From positions 1 to 62,379 of the forward strand of contig CAZOVD010000003.1 of NCBI GenBank assembly GCA_964583285.1: DNA of 62,379 bases. Direction: 5' to 3'. Shown here piece by piece: positions 17,553 through 27,381 of the stretch; within the stretch, counting starts at the first letter, position 1, and each line of letters opens with the position of its first letter. This DNA comes from an uncultured archaeon (GTDB lineage: Archaea > Iainarchaeota > Iainarchaeia > Iainarchaeales > JAAZKV01). A program made the translations under genes and the position numbers. The notes below the pieces were generated by a model, which saw only the letters and a program-made list of their open reading frames with translations, did no database searches and had not been told where the DNA came from.

Positions 17553-20414
17553 TTAAATTCTTTCTCTTTTTATTAAAAATGTGATAAAACTAATTAAAAT
17601 GATTAAAACTAAAATATTATTATCATTAATATTAATTTGTTGATTTGATTTATTAACTACAAAATTCACTGATTTATTACAAACTTCACAAGGTTGATTT
17701 ATTTGAGCATTTAAAGCATATACACCTTCATTTAAATCAACATTTATTACTGATTTTGTTTTAGTAGGACTGCATTCAATTTGATTTTCTGGCAAATTAA
17801 TCATTTCATTTTTAGAGTTAAACAAGTTAATATTTGAATTAGATAAAATACTACAACCAATTTCTATTTCTAAATTAGAATCATAAATTGCATTTAGGTA
17901 ATTTATTGAATTTCTAAAAGAACTAATATTAACACAAGTATTTCCCTGTTTTACAAAACCACCATTACAAACATATTCGCATTTTTCATTAGTATTATTA
18001 TCAACAAGTGTTTTTAACGTATTTTGTGTTAATCCAATATCATCATTTGTAACTAAACTTGCATTATCAAAATCATCTCCAATACAATAAAAAGTTTCTT
18101 CATTTTTACACACATTCCAAAAAATTCCCTCTTCGTAAAAAAATCTTGCATTAATATCAGTATATTCAGAAGTTCGTGCAGGGCGAGTTACACTATCTAT
18201 AATTACCCAATTTGATGAAATATTAGTTGTGTTTGATTTTAGGCACCTAACTACTGTTGAACTATATCCTCCTTGATATATAGTTCCATCTTCATTAAAT
18301 ATTGGAGGGGCTGGCCAAATGGAATTAGTGCAACTTGCAAATAACAAGTTAATTTCAGATTCATTAAAACATTCGTTAGGTATATTAATATTATTTTGAA
18401 ATACACCATTTTTCCATACTAAATTTGCATCAGATGTTCCTAGTGGTGGATAATAATTCCCATATACTATACCACACCCCCCACCATTTCTATAGCCGTA
18501 TGTTTCCCAATTACCATCAATAACTTCTTCATGACTTAAGTCATCATTATTATGCGCATATGTCCATGCACTTGGCAAAGTTATTATAAATTGATTTGCA
18601 TCTTCTTGATATATAGTCTGACAATAATTATTATTTTCTTCTTCATCAATACCTAGACAAACATTTCCACAAGTATCATTATTTGGAACAAATTTTACAA
18701 AACATTCATCAAAAGCAACATCGATATTTTGTTCATTATCTTTAAATGCTTCAGCTAACAAATTTACTTTTCTTGTTCCACTTGGAACTAAAACGTAATC
18801 ACACATAATATTCCAATTTTTTCTTTTTGAAATATCACCTAGTGTTTTTGTATCTGTTGATATTAAATTATTAGATGCATCATAAAATCTTAAACTTAGA
18901 TTTAGATAATCTTTATTTGAACCCATTGCATCAGTAAAAGCATAACAACCATAATTAACATTTAATTTTTCATTATCTATGTCTGAAAAATATTTTGTTT
19001 CTATTAAAACATCTTGACCAACTTTTCCAACATTTCCACAAGTTATTCCATCATTTTCTGACCAACAACCCCTCATTCTTTTTCCATGAAGTTCACCACC
19101 ATAAACACTGTCAAGTGTTCTTCTAAGATAATTATTCATGGACGGACTATTCCAATTATTACTAGTCCCATCTTCAAAATTTGGATTTAATAATTTATTT
19201 TCATAATTAATACAAACACTACATGCACCATATTCCAAACCAAACACATCCTCATCTATTAAACCATTACCATTGTCATCAATACCATTACAAATTTCTG
19301 GCTCAATTATTTCTTCCTCACATTCATTAAGAGTTATTTTTGCAAGAGCCCCACCATTTTTTGGAACTAGTGGATTTCCATTAATAAAAAGAGCAAGTAA
19401 TTCGTTTTCTTTTTTTTCAAGTTCAATTAAAAGTTCAAATTGATTAAATAAATTAGAGTTCAAATCATTAGCAACACCAACCCTTTGTTTTTCAAAATTA
19501 TAAAAATAAATTTTATTGTTAAGATAACTTGACCCACTAATATAATTTGGAGCAATCACTATAAAATTGTTAAAATCTGAATAACCAAAAAACCTTTCAG
19601 AATCACCAAATAAATCAATAAAATTTGTTAATGTTGTTCCATTTAATAGCATAATTTTATTACTTGCACCAAAATAAAAATTTCCATCTTTTTCAAAACC
19701 AGTTTGTGTAAAAATTGAAGATTGGACATTATTGAATTCAGTTTCATATAAACAATTTTTATTTAATTTTTTTAATTTTGGAACTGAATTAATTAAAGAT
19801 TGAAGATAAATATTATTATTAAAATAAAAAACTCTTTCTCCGCGAGAACTGCCTATTGCGCCATTATATGTACATATAATTGACCCATTACTGCCATTTA
19901 ACTTTTTCATTTGTTCAATGTGTTGATTTGATGAATTTAAAACAAAACCAGTAACATAAATATTATTTTCATTATCAATAGTTACTGAAGAAAAATATTC
20001 TGCTTTTTCATTATATTGATTCACTGCATGTCTCCAAATTTCAGTACCATTTGTATTTATTTTTATTACAAACTCCCCATCTAAATTGTTATAACCTCCA
20101 ACAACAATTAAATTTCCTAAAGAATCAGTAGTAGAATCAATAACTCGAACTGGTTTTCCACCAGAATATATATTTGACCAAACTTTTTGATAATCACTAT
20201 CTAATTTTACTACTTTTAACTCATCATTATTATTAATCCCACTAACAAATATTTCAGAGTTATTATTTACTGAAACTGAAGATACTTTCATAGCATTTGT
20301 TCCAGTTAAAAAAGAATACTTATTTTCTATAGTTACTCCGCAAAAACTTGATTCTTCACTTAAAACAAAACTTGCTAAAAATAAGATTACTACTAAAAAT
20401 ATTAGTTTTTTCAC
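17553..20414 (-). CDS. large secreted surface protein with beta-propeller-like repeats, a MopE-like Cys/Asp motif, a CBM-like module and a C-terminal TM anchor
   Basis: Has an N-terminal signal peptide. Carries SBBP-like repeats (GNLIVVGGY, NNIYVTGFV), CNGIDDNGNGLIDED, and LLNPNFEDGTSNNW, which is typical of CBM4/9-like jelly rolls. The C-terminus is ILVLIILISFITFLIKRERI. Confidence 0.6.
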   Translation of the reverse strand: MKKLIFLVVILFLASFVLSEESSFCGVTIENKYSFLTGTNAMKVSSVSVNNNSEIFVSGINNNDELKVVKLDSDYQKVWSNIYSGGKPVRVIDSTTDSLGNLIVVGGYNNLDGEFVIKINTNGTEIWRHAVNQYNEKAEYFSSVTIDNENNIYVTGFVLNSSNQHIEQMKKLNGSNGSIICTYNGAIGSSRGERVFYFNNNIYLQSLINSVPKLKKLNKNCLYETEFNNVQSSIFTQTGFEKDGNFYFGASNKIMLLNGTTLTNFIDLFGDSERFFGYSDFNNFIVIAPNYISGSSYLNNKIYFYNFEKQRVGVANDLNSNLFNQFELLIELEKKENELLALFINGNPLVPKNGGALAKITLNECEEEIIEPEICNGIDDNGNGLIDEDVFGLEYGACSVCINYENKLLNPNFEDGTSNNWNSPSMNNYLRRTLDSVYGGELHGKRMRGCWSENDGITCGNVGKVGQDVLIETKYFSDIDNEKLNVNYGCYAFTDAMGSNKDYLNLSLRFYDASNNLISTDTKTLGDISKRKNWNIMCDYVLVPSGTRKVNLLAEAFKDNEQNIDVAFDECFVKFVPNNDTCGNVCLGIDEEENNNYCQTIYQEDANQFIITLPSAWTYAHNNDDLSHEEVIDGNWETYGYRNGGGCGIVYGNYYPPLGTSDANLVWKNGVFQNNINIPNECFNESEINLLFASCTNSIWPAPPIFNEDGTIYQGGYSSTVVRCLKSNTTNISSNWVIIDSVTRPARTSEYTDINARFFYEEGIFWNVCKNEETFYCIGDDFDNASLVTNDDIGLTQNTLKTLVDNNTNEKCEYVCNGGFVKQGNTCVNISSFRNSINYLNAIYDSNLEIEIGCSILSNSNINLFNSKNEMINLPENQIECSPTKTKSVINVDLNEGVYALNAQINQPCEVCNKSVNFVVNKSNQQININDNNILVLIILISFITFLIKRERI

Positions 20415-20473
20415 CTATATGTTATGTTTTTTGTTTTAATAAATTTGATGTTTAAAGAGTTTTAAAAATACTA

Positions 20474-21604
20474 TTAAAAAATCATTAATTTATCAAATAT
20501 TTTTTCAAATAATCCTTTTCTTTTTTTGGATTCTTTTTCTTCTTTTGCAATACTTTCGAATAATTCTTTTTGCTTTTTTGATAATTTTTTTGGCGTTTCA
20601 ACAATTACTTTAACATATTCATCTCCGTAAATATCTTTATTTAAGTATTTTATTCCTTTTGACTTTAATCTAAAAATCGTTCCTGTTTGAGTGCCTGCTG
20701 GAATTTTAAGATCGGCTTTTCCATTTAATGTAGGAACTTCTATTTTAGCACCAAGTGCGCTTTCGCTAAAAGAAATTGGAACTTCTGCATATATGTCATA
20801 TTCATCTCTTTTAAATATTTCATGATCTTCAACAAATATTACAACAAATAAATCGCTTTCACCATCCCTTCCAGAATGCCCCTTGCCTTCAACTTTTAAA
20901 TGATTTCCAGTGTTTATCCCTGCAGGAATTTTTATTTTTATTGTTTCTTTTTTTGTTAAAAGTCCATTTCCATTACAGGCATTGCAAAGGTTTTCTGCAA
21001 TTGTTCCACTGCCATTACAAGTATGGCAAGTTGATTGTGATTGAAATATTCCAAATGGGGTTCTTTGTTGTCTTATTACGCGTCCTTTTCCATTACAATT
21101 TGAACAAGTTTTCATTTTTTTGTCTTTTGCTCCACTTCCTTCACAGCTTTTACATCTTGTTATTCTTTCAAATTTTATTTCTTTTTCACAACCCATTGCT
21201 GCTTCTTTGAAACTAATTGTTAAATTATATTTTAGATTTGTTCCAAAATCGCGCCTATTATTTTTTTGTGAACTACCAAAAATGTCAGAAAAATCAAATC
21301 CGCCACCACCAGTAAATTGATTAAAAATATCTTCAAAGTCAAAATCCACTCCGCCATGTCCAAAACCTTGTTGATTATATCCTTGAAAATTTTTGTAAGC
21401 ATCCCCATAATTATCATAATTTTGTTTCTTTTCTGGATCTGAAAGAACTTGGTATGCTTCTACAACTTCTTTGAATTTTTTTTCAGCATCAGAATCTTTA
21501 CTAACGTCAGGGTGATATTTTTTTGCAAGATTTTTGTATGCTTTTTTTATTTCTTCAGCAGTTGCTCCTTTTTTTAAACCAAGTATCGTGTAATAGTCAG
21601 ACAT
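20474..21604 (-). CDS. dnaJ: chaperone DnaJ
   Basis: J domain (YYTILGL...HPD), a G/F region and four CxxCxGxG zinc motifs. Confidence 0.95.
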   Translation of the reverse strand: MSDYYTILGLKKGATAEEIKKAYKNLAKKYHPDVSKDSDAEKKFKEVVEAYQVLSDPEKKQNYDNYGDAYKNFQGYNQQGFGHGGVDFDFEDIFNQFTGGGGFDFSDIFGSSQKNNRRDFGTNLKYNLTISFKEAAMGCEKEIKFERITRCKSCEGSGAKDKKMKTCSNCNGKGRVIRQQRTPFGIFQSQSTCHTCNGSGTIAENLCNACNGNGLLTKKETIKIKIPAGINTGNHLKVEGKGHSGRDGESDLFVVIFVEDHEIFKRDEYDIYAEVPISFSESALGAKIEVPTLNGKADLKIPAGTQTGTIFRLKSKGIKYLNKDIYGDEYVKVIVETPKKLSKKQKELFESIAKEEKESKKRKGLFEKIFDKLMIF

Positions 21605-21677
21605 TTATATCACTCTTATTTTTTTATAAAAATTGTTATCCAAAAGGAATATAAAACGAAAAAAATATAATTTATAC

Positions 21678-22106
21678 ATGGTTTTAACTCGTAAAAAACA
21701 ATTTAGGCCAAGAAGAATTGCTCGAACTAAAGAAGAAATTTTACGAATTAAAAAACGAGCAATGTCAAGAAAATCTAATTTTGTTAAAAAACGAAATGAA
21801 CTTTTAGTTAACTTAGATAAATCAGTTATGGGTTTTAAATCAGTTCTTGAAATTTTATTAAAAGAAGAAAAAGGAAGTAATAAAATATATACTAAAGATT
21901 TTTTAAATTCTTCAAAAAATTCATTACTTAATTCTTTAAGTTTTATGCGAGAAAATGCTGATAAATATAAATTTGGAGAAGTCCAAATTAGAAGTATTTT
22001 AATTTTTGAAAATAAATTATCCAATGCAAACACCCTTGGCGAACTTAATTTGGCTTTTGATTATTTTTACAGCAGAAGCTGTATGCTTAAGCTTTCAAAA
22101 AGATAA
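21678..22106 (+). CDS. hypothetical basic protein (142 aa) encoded antisense to the dnaK-dnaJ spacer
   Basis: ATG at 21678 (the track start at 21633 is a TTG). The composition looks protein-like, unlike the opposite-strand ORF 21605-22033. A hairpin plus T-run follows the stop. Confidence 0.45.
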   Translation: MVLTRKKQFRPRRIARTKEEILRIKKRAMSRKSNFVKKRNELLVNLDKSVMGFKSVLEILLKEEKGSNKIYTKDFLNSSKNSLLNSLSFMRENADKYKFGEVQIRSILIFENKLSNANTLGELNLAFDYFYSRSCMLKLSKR

Positions 22107-22113
22107 AAAAATT

Positions 22114-22146
22114 AACTAGCAAACCACATTGATTCGCTAGTTTTTT
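22114..22146. terminator. bidirectional hairpin terminator between the 142-aa ORF (+) and dnaK (-)
   Basis: AACTAGC-15 nt-GCTAGTT followed by TTTT on the plus strand. The reverse complement is also followed by a T-run. Confidence 0.5.
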
Positions 22147-22178
22147 CAATATCTAAAATTTTTTCATCTTTTATATTT

Positions 22179-24044
22179 TCATTTTTTTGTATCATCATTT
22201 TTTTCTTCAAATTCTGCGTCAACAACTTTCTCATCTCCTTTTTTATTATCTTGTGAGTTTTCACTTTGAGATTGTTCTTGTGATTGTGCATTTTGAGCTT
22301 GTTGGTATATCTCTGAACCAATTTGTTGCAATGTATTGTTTAATTCTTCCATTTTTCTTTTTATTTCGCTCGCATTTTTTGGTTCTTTTTTTACTTCATC
22401 ATTTAATACATCAAGTTTTTCTTGAATTTGTTTCTTTTTATCTTCACTTAATTTATCTTTTAATTCTTCTAAAGTTTTTTCTGTTTGATAAATTGTTGCA
22501 TCAGCTGAATTGAAAATTTCTATTTCTTCTTTTACTTTTTCATCTTCTTTTGCATGTTCTTCAGCTTCTTTTTGCATTCTTTTTATTTCATCTTCGTTTA
22601 ATTTTTGTGCTGCAACAATTTTGATACTTTGTTCTTTTCCAGTGCCTTTATCTTTCGCACTAACATTTACTATTCCATTTGCATCAATATCAAATGTTAC
22701 TTCTATTTGTGGCATTCCTCTTGGAGCAGGAAGTATTCCCATTAATTGAAATCTTCCAAGACTTTTATCATCTTTTGCAAGAGGTCTTTCACCTTGAAGT
22801 ATGTGTATATCTACGGTTGATTGATTATCTGCTGCTGTAGAAAACACTTGACTTTTTCTTGTTGGTATTGTTGTATTTCTTTCTATTAATTTTGTAAAAA
22901 CTCCTCCAAGAGTTTCTATTCCTAAAGAAAGCGGAGTTACATCAAGTAGTAATACATCTTTTACTTCACCACTTAAAACTCCCCCTTGTACTGCCGCACC
23001 CATTGCAACACATTCCATTGGATCTATTCCCCTTTCTGGTTCTATTCCAGTTACTTTTTTTACAAATTCATGTATTACTGGCATTCTTGTTGGACCACCA
23101 ACTAGAATTACTTTATTTAAATCAGCAGCAGTTATTTTTGCATCAGCTAATGCTTGATTAATTGGTTTTTCACATCTTTTTACAAGGTCATTAATTAATT
23201 GTTCAAGTTTTGCTCTGTTTAATTTCATGTTCAAATGTTTTGGCCCTTCTGGTGTTGCAGTAATGTATGGTAAATTAATATCTGTTTCAGTTGTTGTTGA
23301 AAGTTCTATTTTTGCTTTTTCAGCAGCTTCTCTTACTCTTTGCATAGCCATACTATCTTTTAGAAGATCTGCGCCTTCTTTTTCTTTGAAATCTTTTATA
23401 ATATAATCAATTAAAACTTGATCCATATCAGTTCCACCAAGTTCAGTATCACCACTTGTTGACTTTACTTCAAATACTCCGTCACTAAGTTCCATTATGG
23501 TAACATCAAGTGTTCCGCCACCTAGATCAAATACTAAAATTTTTGCATCGTGTTTTTTATCAATTCCATATGCAAGCGAAGCAGCTGTTGGTTCATTTAC
23601 TATTCTTACTACTTCAAGACCCGCAATTGCTCCTGCGTCCTTTGTTGCTTGTCTTTGATTGTCATCAAAATAAGCAGGCACTGTAATTACTGCCTTATCT
23701 ACTTTTTCTCCTAAAAATGTTTCTGCATCTTTTTTTATTTTTTGTAAAATAAATGCACTTATTTGTTGTGGAGTGTATTCTTTTCCGGCAGCTTTAAATT
23801 TAAAGTCTTTTCCCATTTGTCTTTTTGCTCTTGCAATAGTGTTATCTGGATTTGTTACTGCTTGACGTCTTGCTGGTTCACCAACAAGCATCTTACCATC
23901 TTTTGTAAATGCTACTACACTAGGAAATGCTTTTCCATATACTGTATTTCCTTCTGCACTTGGCACAATTCTAGGTTTTCCCCCTTCAAGAACTGCTGCT
24001 GCAGAATTACTTGTCCCAAGATCAATTCCAATTATTTTACCCAT
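22179..24044 (-). CDS. dnaK: chaperone DnaK (Hsp70)
   Basis: [19 protein letters not shown], and a full-length 621-aa Hsp70. Confidence 0.97.
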   Translation of the reverse strand: MGKIIGIDLGTSNSAAAVLEGGKPRIVPSAEGNTVYGKAFPSVVAFTKDGKMLVGEPARRQAVTNPDNTIARAKRQMGKDFKFKAAGKEYTPQQISAFILQKIKKDAETFLGEKVDKAVITVPAYFDDNQRQATKDAGAIAGLEVVRIVNEPTAASLAYGIDKKHDAKILVFDLGGGTLDVTIMELSDGVFEVKSTSGDTELGGTDMDQVLIDYIIKDFKEKEGADLLKDSMAMQRVREAAEKAKIELSTTTETDINLPYITATPEGPKHLNMKLNRAKLEQLINDLVKRCEKPINQALADAKITAADLNKVILVGGPTRMPVIHEFVKKVTGIEPERGIDPMECVAMGAAVQGGVLSGEVKDVLLLDVTPLSLGIETLGGVFTKLIERNTTIPTRKSQVFSTAADNQSTVDIHILQGERPLAKDDKSLGRFQLMGILPAPRGMPQIEVTFDIDANGIVNVSAKDKGTGKEQSIKIVAAQKLNEDEIKRMQKEAEEHAKEDEKVKEEIEIFNSADATIYQTEKTLEELKDKLSEDKKKQIQEKLDVLNDEVKKEPKNASEIKRKMEELNNTLQQIGSEIYQQAQNAQSQEQSQSENSQDNKKGDEKVVDAEFEEKNDDTKK

Positions 24045-24085
24045 ATTTAACCACCTTTTAAATTTAATTTTTTTATTTTTAAAAA

Positions 24086-24697
24086 TTAATTTTCCTCCAT
24101 TTCATTTTTTTTATTAATATCACTATTTAATTTTGACTTTTCATCATCAATTTCATTTTCAGTTTTTTCTTTAATAGATTCGTCTTTTTTATTAATACTT
24201 ATTTTTACTGTCCTAAGTATTTTTCCTTTTAACATATATCCTGTTGAAAGAACTTGTGCAACAACTCCTTCATCTAAATCTTTAACTGATTCTTGCATTA
24301 AACAATCCATTTTATTATGATCAAATTCATCCCCAACATTAACATGCATTTTTTCAAGCCCGTTCTTTTTGAGAATTGAATAAACTTGTTCATAAACACT
24401 AACAAATTCTTTGTTGTGTTTTATTCCCATTTCTAAAGAATCAAGAACTGGTAATAAATCTGAAATTAAATTTGCACTTGCAAGTTCTTTAAATTCATTA
24501 TTTTCTTTTTGTGTTCTTTTCCTATAATTTTCAAACTCTGCACCAAGCCTTTTAATGTCATTTACAAGTTCATTAATTTTAATATCCTTTTGAGCATTTT
24601 CATCAATCTCATCATTTTTACTATTATTTATTATTTTTTCTATTTTTACTTTATTTTCTTTATTTTTTTTATCTTCAACAATATTTTCTTTTTCCAT
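24086..24697 (-). CDS. grpE: nucleotide exchange factor GrpE
   Basis: [12 protein letters not shown], a C-terminal beta domain, and position upstream of dnaK. Confidence 0.85.
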   Translation of the reverse strand: MEKENIVEDKKNKENKVKIEKIINNSKNDEIDENAQKDIKINELVNDIKRLGAEFENYRKRTQKENNEFKELASANLISDLLPVLDSLEMGIKHNKEFVSVYEQVYSILKKNGLEKMHVNVGDEFDHNKMDCLMQESVKDLDEGVVAQVLSTGYMLKGKILRTVKISINKKDESIKEKTENEIDDEKSKLNSDINKKNEMEEN

Positions 24698-24740
24698 ACT
24701 ATTTTACTACAACATAAAGACTTTTAAAGTTAATTCAATA

Positions 24741-24761
24741 TTGTTTAAACTATTTAAACAA
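24741..24761. promoter_or_regulatory. perfect 9-3-9 inverted repeat TTGTTTAAA-cta-TTTAAACAA in the grpE / wHTH divergent promoter region
   Basis: Read directly from the sequence. It lies 44 bp from the grpE ATG and 52 bp from the wHTH ATG. Confidence 0.5.
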
Positions 24762-24812
24762 TTTTAGTATAGTTTAGACAAATTTAAAAATATTTTGTAA
24801 TAAAATAATTCT

Positions 24813-25316
24813 ATGAACAAAAAAAATAATGAGTTAGTAGTTCAAAATAATATCACACCACCAATTACAAAAAATAATATTAATTTTATTACTCCAAAAA
24901 AAGGAAATTATGCCATAACAATTAGAAAAGTATCAACTCCCCAAAATAGTGAATTTAACGAACAATTTGCTTTTATTTGCGCAACACTTGGTTTTTTTGA
25001 AGATATTGATAAAAATAAAGTAGGGGCAAGAATTTTTCGCGAAATCTTTTTAGCATCAAGCCAAGGACAAGTTTTAACAAGCACTACTATTGCAAATAGA
25101 ATTGGCATGAGTAGAGGTAGCACCATAAGTCATCTTAATTCTCTTAAAAATTCAGGATTAATTGAAAAGGGTGGAAAATATTACTTTACTAGACATAGAA
25201 CTATGACTGGGATACTTGATGAGATAGAAGATGATATAATTAGTATTTTTAATCGAGTAAAAAAAGTAGCTAAAGAAATTGACAAAGAAATTAATCAAGT
25301 AATTATAATGAAATAA
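24813..25316 (+). CDS. winged-helix DNA-binding protein, divergent from grpE-dnaK
   Basis: LTSTTIANRIGMSRGSTISHLNSLKNSGLIEKGGKYYF is a helix-turn-helix plus wing pattern. Confidence 0.6.
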   Translation: MNKKNNELVVQNNITPPITKNNINFITPKKGNYAITIRKVSTPQNSEFNEQFAFICATLGFFEDIDKNKVGARIFREIFLASSQGQVLTSTTIANRIGMSRGSTISHLNSLKNSGLIEKGGKYYFTRHRTMTGILDEIEDDIISIFNRVKKVAKEIDKEINQVIIMK

Positions 25317-25338
25317 AAGTACTACATTAACAATAATT

Positions 25339-26292
25339 TTATTTAAAATATTTATTAAAATTATTTTCTAAATCTTCAATGGTTTTTGAAAGTGCAAAAC
25401 TAACTCGCATTTCTTTAGCACCCACTATTCCACTAACAAGTCCTAAAAAATATCCCCGCGCATCATTTACGCCAAGATTAAATTCTTTAATTAATTCTAA
25501 AAATCTATTTCCTTCTTTAAAAATTTCTTCTTTTGTTCTATTGCTTATTTTTTCAACAGGAGTATTATTTTCAAATTCTTTTATTTGCTTAAATAAAAAT
25601 GCGTTTCCAATTGCCCCCCGGCCTATCATTATGTAATCAGCATTAGTTTCTTTTTTTACACGAACATAATCATCAACTGTTTTAACATCACCATTTCCAA
25701 TAACACTTATTTTAACATTATTTTTTAATTCTTTTATTTTATTCCAATCAGCAGTACCACTATAACCTTGAGAACCAAATCTTGCATGAAGTGCTACTGC
25801 AACAGCTCCGTTATTTTGTGCACTTTTTGCAACATCCAAAAATTTTTCTTCTTTTAAACCTAACCTTATTTTCAAAGTTATTGGTTTTTTTGTAACTGAG
25901 TTCATTTCATAAACAATTTCGCCAATTAATTCAGGCTTATCCATTAATGAAGAACCATAATTCCCACTAATTGCTTTAGGAACACTACAACCACAATTAA
26001 TATCATACCCTGCAAAATTAGTAGGATAATTTTCCTCAATCATTTTTACTGCATTTTTAAAATCAAGTGGATTGTTCCCAAAAAGTTGTAAAAAAACTGG
26101 CTTTTCACTTTCACTAACTGCAAGCATTTCTTTTGTTTTTTTATTATTAAAAAGCAAACCTTTTACGCTAATAAGTTCAGTATATGCTAAACTAGCCCCA
26201 TATTCTCTTGCAAGAGTACGAAACGCTACATTAGTATAATCTGCCATTGGGGCAAGTATAGCTCCTTTTTTTAAATCTAAAAATTTTTTCAT
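25339..26292 (-). CDS. tRNA-dihydrouridine synthase (Dus family)
   Basis: LAPMADYTNVAFR, a catalytic-Cys region (DINCGCSVPK), and an FMN TIM-barrel pattern (IGNGDV). Confidence 0.8.
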   Translation of the reverse strand: MKKFLDLKKGAILAPMADYTNVAFRTLAREYGASLAYTELISVKGLLFNNKKTKEMLAVSESEKPVFLQLFGNNPLDFKNAVKMIEENYPTNFAGYDINCGCSVPKAISGNYGSSLMDKPELIGEIVYEMNSVTKKPITLKIRLGLKEEKFLDVAKSAQNNGAVAVALHARFGSQGYSGTADWNKIKELKNNVKISVIGNGDVKTVDDYVRVKKETNADYIMIGRGAIGNAFLFKQIKEFENNTPVEKISNRTKEEIFKEGNRFLELIKEFNLGVNDARGYFLGLVSGIVGAKEMRVSFALSKTIEDLENNFNKYFK

Positions 26293-26388
26293 AAATATAT
26301 TAAAAATAAAAAATTTATAAATAAGAAGTGTCCTAATTTGTGTGTTTTTTTATAATTGAAAATTTATTATTTTAATTAAAACAAAAAT

Positions 26389-27339
26389 TTATTTTTTATA
26401 ATTAAATATCAGATTAATTAAAATTTTTGCGATTTTCTTTGAATCATGTCTAACTACTGGACTAGTTGCAAAATCCGCACAAATAAAATTATGCGGAATT
26501 TTTTTATTTTTAATTAGTACTGGTTTTGCTTTTTCTAATTTATATTTTTTTAAAACTTCTTTAGAAAATTTTGTTTTATTAAAAATGACTAAATCAATAT
26601 CAACAAATCTTTTTATTTCTTTTAAATGATCTTCTACAGAAAATCCATCAGTTTCGGAATATTTTGTCATAATATTGCAATTATAAATTTTAAGCGCACT
26701 TGAATTATTTATTTGTTTAGTTATTCCTTCAACTAAAAAATTTGGAATTATGCTAGTGTAAATATCGCCAGGCCCAACTATTATTGTATCAGCTTCTTTT
26801 ATTGCTTTTAATGCATCAAGATTTGCTTTTGGTTTTGGTTTTAAAAAAATATTTTTTATTTTAATATTATTATTTTTAAGATCAATTTCTGATTCTCTTT
26901 TTAAAATTTTTCCATTAACAAGCTTAGCACAAAGCTCAGCCTTATCTAAAGTAACTGGAATAACATTTCCTTTTACATTAAGAATTTTATGTGCTTTTTT
27001 TATTGCTTCTTTTTCACTACCAAGAATATTTGTCAATGCAGTTAAAAATAAATTTCCAAAACTGTGGTTATTTAAATTATCTTTGAATCTATATTGAAAT
27101 AAATTATTCATTATTTGTGTTTCATCAGAAAGTGCAACAAGCGCTCGTCTAATATCGCCAGGTGGTAAAACACCATGTTCATCCCTAAGTATTCCGCTTG
27201 AACCACCCGAGTCCATCATAGTTATTATTGCACTAATTTCAATTTTATTTTCAGAATAAGGCAAAGCATATTCTTTAAGACCTCTTAAAATATTAAAAGA
27301 TCCACTCCCCCCACCAATAACAACTATTTTTTTCTTCAT
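26389..27339 (-). CDS. YvcK/CofD-family (UPF0052, 2-phospho-L-lactate transferase-like) protein
   Basis: VVIGGGSGSFNILRGLK, MMDSGGSSG, GPGDIYTSIIPN. Confidence 0.75.
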   Translation of the reverse strand: MKKKIVVIGGGSGSFNILRGLKEYALPYSENKIEISAIITMMDSGGSSGILRDEHGVLPPGDIRRALVALSDETQIMNNLFQYRFKDNLNNHSFGNLFLTALTNILGSEKEAIKKAHKILNVKGNVIPVTLDKAELCAKLVNGKILKRESEIDLKNNNIKIKNIFLKPKPKANLDALKAIKEADTIIVGPGDIYTSIIPNFLVEGITKQINNSSALKIYNCNIMTKYSETDGFSVEDHLKEIKRFVDIDLVIFNKTKFSKEVLKKYKLEKAKPVLIKNKKIPHNFICADFATSPVVRHDSKKIAKILINLIFNYKK

Positions 27340-27381
27340 AAAGAATTTCTAAAATTTTAGAATTTAAGTGTTTTGATACAA

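Noticed and set aside
21605-22033. 142-aa minus-strand ORF in the dnaK-dnaJ spacer
   Set aside because: It competes with the plus-strand ORF 21678-22106. The minus-strand translation is Leu/Phe/Ser/Ile-rich and shadow-like, while the plus-strand ORF ends at a hairpin terminator. Neither has homology evidence, so this choice is tentative.
22112-22321. 69-aa minus-strand ORF overlapping the dnaK 3' end
   Set aside because: It is an alternative frame of the dnaK C-terminal region running through the terminator hairpin, and it has no independent support.
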